DNA of 64,000 nt, from the NCBI RefSeq assembly GCF_964204645.1, contig NC_134033.1, positions 14,578,655 to 14,642,654 on the forward strand. Direction: 5' to 3'. Position 1 is the first letter of the stretch, and the number at the start of each line of letters is the position of its first letter. Shown piece after piece: positions 27,950-38,374 of this stretch. The DNA is from Tubulanus polymorphus (taxonomy: Eukaryota; Animalia; Nemertea). Below the pieces are notes generated by a model. That model was not told the DNA's origin, did not search any database, and worked only from the letters and a program-made list of their open reading frames with translations. The translations under genes and the position numbers were made by a program.

Positions 27950-28209
27950 CAGCTTGAGGAAGTAATGGAAAACCTACTCAATAGTAAACTTACCATGTCA
28001 AGTTCATCATCAAGTTCAATTCATGGAATTCATTAAAAAAAACTACCAATATGGCAGTGGCCTCGTTGAATAAGGAAGACAGACTATTTTATATAGATGC
28101 ATTTTCCAGTATAATCAACGTTTATAACCATATGTGTACAAATGTTAATAGTATAACGATGAAAGATTTGAGTTCCGTAAAAAACCAAGGGCAGGTGCAG
28201 GAAAATCTT

Positions 28210-28352
28210 GAAGCTATTTTGGATTTGAATATACCGATAATTGTACTGAATTGACCGGCAACCAGTCTAACCCCGATATATCGATGACATAGTGCGCACA
28301 TCCTCTCAAAAAATGATTATCAAGATTTATCAAAAATAGGATAAGAGTTATG
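28210..28352. repeat. Dispersed repeat fragment, also at ~33903-34042
   Basis: Shared TTTTGGATTTGAATATA...CAACCAGTCTA..CCCGATATAT...TCTCAAAAAA...ATAAGAG(T/A)TATG. Confidence 0.7.
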
Positions 28353-29124
28353 TATTTTATTTCAAAATAACAAACGCCAAAATTCATAATTTATATCGCT
28401 TTTTTTGAAACGCTTATATTGATGACGTATTGAATACTGGCCTACATCGCACCCTTATATAGTAGTATCATAGTAGGTATCAGTAACGGCCTTTTACGGC
28501 GTCAAAAATAATGTGACGATCGTAGGCTATCAAACATAACGCATTTTGTTCTTTGTTGAAGATATCAAACGACAGGCTTCACCATAAGATTCCCCATACA
28601 AAAATACATCAGTGACGTGAGTTTGATATACGTAGATAGACTGAAAAATAGTGCAGTGTGAAAAGTGCCACGCCCTGCTTGATTATACGTTAACGACATT
28701 GAAAATCAGTTAAATCGCTTAAACGTATGTTATAGATTAATGAGCTCGCTGCAGCGTGTAAAAAATCATTTTCTGAATGTAATTATTTCTCTATTCACAC
28801 AACCTGACAGTAAGCATTTGAAATCCTATTTTTCTTTGTGTGAATTGCCCAACGGCCGAACATTTCAATAATCCAATGGATATCTTTATTTGAATGAATA
28901 GAAACAGGTTTTGCGCACGCTTTATATCATACAGTTTCGAATAATCGTATACGCCGATAATGCCCTTCAATTCACATCAAAGGACGTTACGATTAAATCT
29001 CCTTGTGACTGTTGAAGACTATTATCACAATTAGCATACCGCGCACATGTACGTCAAGTATAAAGAATCGATATCTAGTGCTAGAAGTACTACAGGCGGT
29101 GAGGAAAATATAGAAAATTCTAAA

Positions 29125-31616
29125 ATGGCCGCAGCAGCAGCAGCAGCAGCAACGAATAGTAAGAAGTTTTTCAATGAGGAAGAACTTGAACTACCGTTAG
29201 CGATGCCTAAAGGCAAGAAGCTCTTTTCGTATGATATGGGTAAGTTTCATGAACAACACTCTGTATGGATAGCAGCATATTCAATAACAAAATATTCCTG
29301 TTTTTATTTCTATCTAAATGTATTGTGTTTCATATTCTTTGTCGATTGCGGGAATTGTCATATTATGTGTCTGGAGCTGACTGGATATTTTGACTTGGAT
29401 CAATATGTACGTCATTGAACATATATTATGTATAAATGTAAGAGAAATGAAAAACATTTGAAATATTCTCACAGGCTGCACAAAGTTTCGGTTTAGGACG
29501 AACCCATCATCCATCGCCATGTGATCCCCTGATTCCATGAAACTTTTTTGTGTTCTCTACGTTCTGAATAGACTTTATTTTTCCTTTATCCATCTATCTT
29601 TTTTTACCATTATTCGCCTACCATGTTGATTTTTAGGCGGTTCATTGTTCAAGTTGGCTTACAGTGTCAATGCGGACAAAAACGATAAGGTATTTTTCAC
29701 GAAATTCTATGCAAATAAATAGACTGAATAGATTGATTATTTCTAACTTGCTGAATTTCTTGTACTTTTGTCCGACAAAGGTCAAGATTAAAATGATCAC
29801 ATTCACCAACGAAAACATGGAAGACGCTTTGAGCTTCATCGATAAAGAAATAGTTGGTAAAACCGACCATAAAGATATCATAGCCATCGGGTCGGGCGTC
29901 GGCAGCCGTACTTACAAGAAAAAGATCGCCGAAAGATTAAAAATAAAGTAAGGGCGAATTGGAACGTCATACCAAATGGGTATGTTAAGACAAGAACCCT
30001 TGTCTAACTACGCCACTTTATATTCTCGTGGTGTACACATCTAAATGCAACATTTATCATTCACAAATAAACAATCTAGAATTTCGAACTCTCGCAAGTG
30101 ATCATCGACAGAAGTGAGAGTTCGAAAAGTCGAATCCTGAAATTCAATTTTTGAATGATATATAGATTTTCATTTTGAATTGGTAACCAACATTGTTTTT
30201 ATTGTAAATATTATTACATTAGATTTTCCACGTTCCACGTTTGAGTTTGGCTATTCTGATTATGTTAGCGATTTTCTGTTCGACATACAGGGACATCAAG
30301 TTAACGGACGAGTTTATCTGTTTCGGCAAAGGATTTCACTACATGTTGAAAAACATGGACGAGTCGCAGTACGTGCATCCATACACGGATATCCCTGTTC
30401 CGTCTCGCGCCGACATGGGCATGGGTAACTTACAGATAACTCACGTTACCGAGGATGAAGAAAAGAAGATGAGAGAGAAGAAGGATCTGTTTCCAGCCCT
30501 GCTCGGTTGCTGCGGTAGCGGTATGACTTTTATACTTGTAAGTGCGCGATTCGAATCATATCGAGGACGATAGTAATGATAGTACATGTAGTTACTGAAA
30601 ATGGAGTAATGATTCCGTTTTATATAGGCACAAGAAGACGGTACAATTGACATGGTCGGAGGTTCAGCAATGGCCGGGCTCTCATTCCATTCCATCGGAA
30701 AACTTCTAACCGGTGCAAAGGTATATATATGATCATTTGAAACGAGTAACATTAAAAACCAAAACATGACGAATGCCCTTAACTTGAAGTCTATAGATCC
30801 TCCAGTGCAAACTTGAGCTCACTAGGACAGGTGCACGTGGAATCAGGAATCTGTCTCCACGAGTGGCTCCGGTCGAAATGTATGTTCTATTTCTCCCTAA
30901 CAGAGTTACGATGAACTGATGGATCTGGCTAAGAAAGGCGATTCGACCGTTTGTACGACGACCATGGACGATTTCTCTGTAGAAGAATACGCCGACTTGG
31001 ACATGAAAGCTTACAAAGAGAAGGCTGCGTTCGTTTTTGAAGTGTTCCCATTCGGGAATGTTATTCGAAAAGGTATTAATCTAAGCAAGGTATAATTGGC
31101 ATATTTCCTAAAATCAAATCGATTCGAGAGCTGTAAATACATTGTATAAACCGTTATATACACAATATAGGAATCGAGAATCCGAAAAAAGAAGACGTAG
31201 CTAGTTCGTTACTACATTTAGTTGGTGATTCCATCGCACACTCGACCATGAATCTAACGAGTCCTCATAAATTGAACAAAGTTTACCTCGCCGGTTCGTT
31301 TTTCAAAAATAACGACACATTGAAAGCGTACTTGGCGCGGCTTCCCTTGGTCACAGTGGTAAGTAGAGGAACAGGTTGGAGTTAGGCGGCATCGGAACGT
31401 CGGGCGCACTTCTGAATACATAGAATGCACGGGGACATAACGCGTTTGGTTGTGTGTGTTAGTAGCCGTTCATGTCACTGAATCATCGTTTTTAAGATAA
31501 TTTCAATCTATTTCTTACAGATGGTTGGCTGGCCGATTCATCCGCGGTATTTGAAGTTTGAAGGCTACATCGGCGTCCTAGGGGCGGTGATTGACCACTT
31601 GCAGTCTAGCAAATAA
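29125..31616 (+). CDS. PANK4-type pantothenate kinase-like protein, copy D (~375 aa)
   Basis: Exons 29125-29239, 29637-29689, 29781-29947, 30291-30537, 30628-30720, 30904-31072, 31171-31358, 31521-31616. Closest paralog of copy C; N-terminal poly-Ala encoded by (GCA)n. Confidence 0.92.
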
Positions 31617-32291
31617 TGGGAATGATGCTCTGGACCATGTTGATGTTATCCACGTGGATATACGCATAATTAATATGATGCACCTTGATATTGATGATAT
31701 GCGTATCTTCTCCACAAGCAATTCAGATCTCGGCATTTAACCCAATTTAAGAAGCTTGGGTAGAAGGAATCTACTGCGGGATCTCACAGCATGGAAATTC
31801 AATTTCATCACAAAATGTTCAATTGCACTTTATCATATCTCTCAAACAAAAATAACGTATGTAGACGGCAGTTAGAAATTAAATGTGGTCGCACATTAGG
31901 AAATTAAGGTATACACTGATCTGGGGGTATCGGTAAACTAACGAAATAGGGCACTCAGTGATGTGGGCTGAATTGAAAATTGATTTATAAATACAACATT
32001 AAATGCGATATAAGGCTTTATTCGAAATCCTGTTAATAAATGATCCTCAAACGAAGGTAGCAATAGTTTAAGTATATTTTCAGTGTATTTCAACGGCATC
32101 TCATTTTCCTGTAGAATATGAAACAAATATTTCGGTAATTTATAGAGTTTAAGCTTAAAAAGCTTACGAATTGTGGTTATGAAATAACAGAAACAATAAT
32201 AAAACAAAACTGTTTTTGCAATGCATCAAGTTGATATACGTAGATTCAGCGCTATGAGTTGGCTTGCTTCTAAGTTCGTTGTTCGATTGTT

Positions 32292-35200
32292 TTACGGTTT
32301 GCAAGAGGCGCAGCATCTTTTTTTGTAATGTTGGCAGACGAAAGCTTTGTTGTAATTGATACCGGCTTTGCAGCCGACGCCGACACCTTTGAAATCGATG
32401 AACGTGTCCCCAAACGGACAAGCAGCTAAAAAAAGGAATATTTCTTTGCATCAGTTCCACACATTCGTTCAATTCGGAATTAGTTAATTTCTTATTAACT
32501 CTATAAAGTAGATTCAGAGAACAAATGGAATCGGATCCAGAGGTGTTAGGAAAGCTAACACAAAGGGTGCCGAGCTTTTTTGAGGGGCAGTAAATTTCAG
32601 GAAATGGGTTTTTTCAACGTGAAACGCGACGCTTTCCAATTGAAAAAAGACAGATTTTGAATACTATTTTTGATTACTTGAATAAATCATTCGCGAATGG
32701 ATTACTTTTCATTTTCCAAGAAAACATGAAAATTGTATTTTTGATAATTTTGGGGGTACATTCGCTATCCCTCTCGGCATGGGCCTAGGAATAAAATTCG
32801 TCTGAGGTACTGACAAAGCTCAGGAGCATTGTATGGCGGATGTTGTTACTGTCAAAACAGTAAGTATCAACTGAAAATGGATAGTTTGACTCACGATCTT
32901 GTGTCGTCGGGGCGAGTGACGAAGCCACACATTTGCCGTTCAAACAGATCTTTCCAGCAGCACATGTTGTACCGCGGGCCGCTTTGAAAAAACCGGAAAA
33001 ACACGTTTCTTTTTGGCCGGGTTTCGTCTTCGTACACGATAAAACTTCACAGACGGGCTTGTTCTAAAAAGCAAGAATTTGTTGATCGCAATCAACCAAT
33101 TTCGCGGATAAAATGGACCTCAATTATGCAAAACGACGCAAGACTCCTGAGAAGGAACATTTTGCCTGATTATTACACGGTCAATCCATCCGTTGACGAA
33201 TTCATTTGTCTCCTAGCAAATAGAGCTCGCTATATCAATATCTAAAAATTACGATTGATTCTTTTATTGAAATAATTTAGGTAGAAAACTCCGTCTCAGG
33301 GCGATCGAACCTTAGCTCTCCGAAATTAAATCTTCATTAGGAACATGTCATTTTCATACTCTTATTCCGCTGTCTCATCAAACTGCCATCTGGTAAAATG
33401 TGTATTAAATTGCTTTCCATATCAGACCAGTTTGGCCAGAATTGATAAATATATACTACTTCAAAGGCAAATGGAATTATTAAGGTTATAACAAGGAACC
33501 GGTAAACGGTGCTGACGATAACGTACCTCAACAAAACAGAATTTACTTGTATTGCCAAATTCTTCGTGACATTGTTCCCAGACATCGTATATCAATCCGG
33601 GGTAGTCTTGAGACCAATTGTCGTAAACTACCGCGTTGTTGCTTCCTGTTCCGCTATTCAAACAATTTGCTTGACTACGATATAAAACAAGAAAACCAAC
33701 TCGAAAGTCAACTGACGTCGCCTTGAAAAATAACACATATCTTGCGTAATTGTCGAGAATAGAAGAGGACAATTAATGGCGCTTGAGGTTTTAGTTTGAA
33801 AAATGTTGAAATCTGCCCAACAATGCGGGACCCGTGGGACCGCCTCAAAATGGTGCCTGGTACATGAAAACTTCCCTATTATACAATACAAAGAATCAAT
33901 AAAGTTATTTTTGGATTTGAATATATCGATGATTGAATTAAATTGAGCGACAACCAGTCTAGTCCCGATATATTGATGGCGTAGGGCACATAATCTCAAA
34001 AAACAGTTATTGAAATTCATCAAAAATGAAATAAGAGATATGAAATGTATGAGTTTGTACCGGGTGCCTACTAGAAAGGTCATGCTTACCCGAATGGTGC
34101 TTTTCCATTCTCTATCGATTTCAAAAATGAGTTAACGAGTGTCATCGTGCAAGCGGAAAACGTGAACACAGCCTCCAGATTCTCGGGCTTCAAAGTCGCC
34201 AAAGTGCTCGTCATTATGTTCTGATGATCCTTGCAGTTGTTCTCAGAGCCATCGTGATTTGCCGACAAACTATGCGAATATGTACAATATGTATCAACAA
34301 ATCTCCCCGATTTTTTGCTGTTTCTTACGTTATTCCCTGTTTATTCCCTGACTTTTTTACATCAATGAAATCACATTTCCCGACTATTCCCTGAATTCCA
34401 ATTTAGCGGCCACCTTGAAATAGCGCGTTCCGTGCGGCCACATTTCACTTGAAAATCGTTTTTCGCCACGAAACCTTTAACCAGGCTTGGAGGACCAGGT
34501 TTCGGGGAATGATTTATCCATTATCTTCGATAAAACGCAGGCCTCTATGTACCTATGAAATAGTTCGTGAGTTCCGGTTCGCCACGAATTCAAACCGTTG
34601 TCTTCGACTATTGATACTGACGATGGACCGCACATCGCTGCTAGATATGCTAAACCTACACATAAACCGGAATGAAAAAAAACGATCACCATTAAAAACA
34701 AAAACATTTCCGAGATAACATATAACCTTGAACGAATTAAAAGGCAACCGTTTAGGAGATTTCGGAAATAGCTATCAAGATATAAAGAACGAATCTCATT
34801 TTCGAAAGAACATTCCATACGTACCTACAGTACCATCTGCAGGGTTTGTTTTGTTCCCAGAAATGATATCAAACCTGCGAGATTTGAGAAAAGAATACAA
34901 GCCGTATCGATTCGGCGCTTGTTTTGAACAGAAGGCCACCAAATGACCAGTTTTGAGCTAATCAGCTTCGTGGGACTTACAATGTATACGCCTGTAGATG
35001 ATCGATAGTTTCTCCTTGTTGCTTGACCTGTGATAATTCAGCAGTCATCGAATTTAGAATCGCAGTCGCGTCCACCTGTATCTTCCTCGGGTCGTCGTCA
35101 GTTGGTGTCGTGTTTCCGGGAACCACGTGATCATACGTCATCCGACTAGCGGCCTTCGTCTGCCGGATAAATCATGCAAATTATCGAGAAATCTCTCATC

Positions 35201-38200
35201 CATCTTTCCACTATTTCGTTAGATCAAACATATTCAAAATGATCATGATTATATGAAACAGGCTTATTGACCCTCTGTAAGAGAGCCAGGGGTTAGAAGT
35301 AATCTACGGACTTACAGTTTTGATAATGAATCCTCTGTTCCATAAATAGATTGTCACTCCAGAAATTTTTTTCGCGGCAACGGCCATCTTAAGGAGAGAA
35401 AGAAAACAATAATTCAATACATATAATTCAAACTATAAGTGATTCTTTTGAAAAGAACGTCATTAAACTTTCAGCGCAAAACCGATGATTTAGAATTGCT
35501 TAATTACTGTCGAAAAAACAACTTTAAAAAGGAACGGAATATCCGTGACAATCACCCCGTTAAAGATGTGGTTGAATCTAAAAATGATTTCTTTTTTGGC
35601 TTTTTCTGCGTCGCCTTTCTCAACCAACCAGCTGCGAATAAATTTACAGTGCAAAATTTAACAAAAACTGCATCCGATTATATACAAACATTGACATCTT
35701 TTCAATTGGGATCTATAGTTTCAAGAATGAAAAGATAAGTTGTTGGTGCCTTGGTAAAGGCTTCAGAAAACGAATTCATAATTCAGCCCATGGCATCCTA
35801 TTCGAGACCATACACTGTACTGCAGTGATTGGTCGAGGAAGTAGAGCCCTGCGCTATGATTGGCCGAAGAAGATCGCAAAGTTCGTAAGAGAATATATTG
35901 TCACGCCTGATGATGGCTAATAGGCTTTATCTGCGAAACGTTGCTCAAAATACTTGACATCTTTGGTTGAACTTTTGTGGGATTTCTCTCGTATATTAAA
36001 AGCATATTGTTATTCATCTCGACTCAACTTATGGAAGCGTCAAATCAATAAACGTACGGACAAAATAGTACTTTGTAGGTTAACATAGATTTTATCAAAA
36101 CTATAATGAGCTTTCGCTACGAATGCTACAGCGTCATAATTTACCCGCTGATGAAGCTATACTTTACACCAGTAGCGAAAGCTTGAACTTTTGATGGAAT
36201 CTAGTAAACCTACAAAATAATAGCTATTCTGTCCTCACGTCATCATTCATCAAGAAAATAAGATTTCTTACTGATTATAGATTGTAAAATCAATTACAAA
36301 CATCAATCGTATATCGTATCTTTTACCACCGCTCCTTTTGTCTTTATCTCCCGGATTTTCAGCCGGTGGTTCGGGCGATTTGTCGGTATTTTTGGAGCCG
36401 TCGTCTGGGATATTCCTACGAGTGAATTCGGCCGCCTCTTGACGCAGTATATCGGACAGCAAGTCGGCGGCCGATGTCCGTCGGTCGACGTAGCTCATGG
36501 GTGCAGCGACGTCGTCGTCATTTCTAGTTCCGTTTTCTGGTATATTGCGTCGATTTCTCGCGATTTGAGGTTTTTCCATCGTTACTTTCATACCCGAAAT
36601 AAAAATACTAATCTTATCTCATGTATCATCACAAACATTGCTTAATAACATGTGCTGCCCCTGTTTTATGGAATTACCCTTATTTCACATACTATTGATG
36701 ATATTACTTCTTAAAGAATAAAAACTATTATTATCTTTATTAGTCAATTTTGCATAGAACTGGTAGATATAGCAACTATATAGCTATCGGTGGACGATCG
36801 TACACAAACCTTTTTCGGCGGTCATATCATCAGCGCGTTTCGTTATCAAATGAACGTCGCCATATTTATTCAGAAATCCTCGTTTCTGCAGGAATCGTCT
36901 GCTGATTGGCTGGATGTCGTACAAACTGCGCTTATGCACAAAACTCCCTTCCTGTTTACGAAATGTGTAAGACAATTAAAATATCCCACGAAACAGCTTA
37001 GTATTTTGGAAATTTCCAATGTTTTTTTTCTTTTGTCAATTTCATAAGTACATTATCATCTTTACCATTTTCAATACGAAATACTGATGGATTTTTGGAC
37101 AAAAAGACCCACGAAACAACTTTATAATTGTGGAAAATGATTTCCAATAAATGATTTTAAATTCGCAAATATGTTTTTCTATTTTAATTGCATACATAGG
37201 CAGCTTTTTTCGACTTGTCGTGTATACGTAGCCATCATTTTGCTGATGACGCAATTTCAACTAAATTTCAGGAATCATTTCAGGTTTATATCTTACAATG
37301 GTTCGGATGTTTCTTCCAAACGTGTCTCGATCTCGTCTCACCGAAACGACCGTATCGCCTGATGCATCCTGATACGTTTTACCCTGGAAAAGGATAATGT
37401 AAAGTTGATGCGGGAACACTGCAGTGGAAGTCACGAATAGGTTGTAAGTTTAAAACCCACTATATCTAAAACATGAAACGCAAATTTCATTTATCAAAAA
37501 TCAAAATACACAAGTTTCGAACTATCGCCTTCTGCAGTGAGAATTCGAAACGTCGTGTCTTTTGTTTTATTTTTTTCAAATAAATAACATTTGCTTTTAA
37601 TCTAAAATTCTGCACGAAGTGGGATTTGAACTTATAATCTATTCTCCGCCTCAGAGTGTACGGGATATTCTACTACAAAGAAGTCGATTTCAAGAATTCT
37701 CACCTCCGTATTCATGGACTTCTTCAAATGGCGTTTACTCAGCGGGTCGTAGGTGTATACATCGACCTGGTCGGAAGAGGTGGAGACCGTCCTCAAATCT
37801 AGTTCAACGTCCTTTCCCGCAGCCTCTAACCCTAACCGTAACGATACCGGCGTGGCCGACAGCGTTCTCACCCGCGAAAACGACGAATGTTCTCCGAGGG
37901 AAAAATCGAATACATTTTTAAGTCAAGTTTACTATTGTGGAACCGTGGACTCTTCGACGAGGAGTCCATCTATTATACATGGAACCAAGTATACATATGC
38001 TTCAAGTAATCAGATATCCCCAAAACAGCGCATACCCTTCATGGGGCTTTTTTCTGAGATCGGCCCCTTTCTCGAACCAATAACCATGTGGGCGATGTGG
38101 CGATCTTTGGGAATTTCGTGGAAAACCCGGCTAATTATTTTTTCCAAATGAATGTAAGTTCTTTATTTCATTCTCGTGCAAGTTTTCTGAATAGCCTGAT

Positions 38201-38374
38201 CACATCCCAAATATTATGCGATGGTGAGTATAGCCTATAAGTTATATTGGATCTACTAAAAAATTCGAATTTCTTTTATGCTTAATATTTACCGGCAGCA
38301 TTTGAAGATTGAAGCCCCAGTGATGTTATCTCTATTAAAACTAGCACTAACCACATGCTCGGAAAACAATTCAT
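32292..38374 (-). CDS. Secreted ADAMTS-like M12B (reprolysin) zinc metalloprotease without TSP1 repeats (~640 aa)
   Basis: 14 in-frame exons: 38293-38374, 37704-37891, 37297-37383, 36810-36951, 36272-36584, 35556-35631, 35316-35387, 34981-35159, 34825-34874, 34553-34655, 34090-34269, 33527-33674, 32895-33063, 32292-32425. Signal peptide MNCFPSMWLVLVLIEITSLG; prodomain IEGSFVH..YDIQP; KRYDIRLMFVID; GLAYLAAMC; HELFHSLSANHD with Met-turn NIMT; PGLIYDVWEQC...GTTCAAGKICLNGKC; terminal CCASC. Confidence 0.88.
35907..36188 (+). other. Degenerate hammerhead-ribozyme-like motifs (Penelope-like remnant) in a metalloprotease intron
   Basis: CTGATGA-a-GCTA..TAGC-GAAAGCTT at 36148-36184 and CTGATGA...GAAACGTT at 35907-35942. 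An antisense copy, GAGCTTTCGCTAC...CAGCGTCAT, lies at ~36108-36137. Confidence 0.45.

Noticed and set aside
29047-29124. Upstream in-frame ATG extending kinase copy D
   Set aside because: Paralogs start at the equivalent of 29125 (AAAATGG context) and the extension is not conserved, although it is not formally excluded.
11525-31616. Horizontal transfer of a bacterial type II PanK operon
   Set aside because: The genes have seven conserved spliceosomal introns and resemble animal PANK4.
37042-37260. Extra metalloprotease exon (LKLRHQQ...)
   Set aside because: It would need a 36-nt intron. The flanking exons already join in frame as RTI-EGSF.
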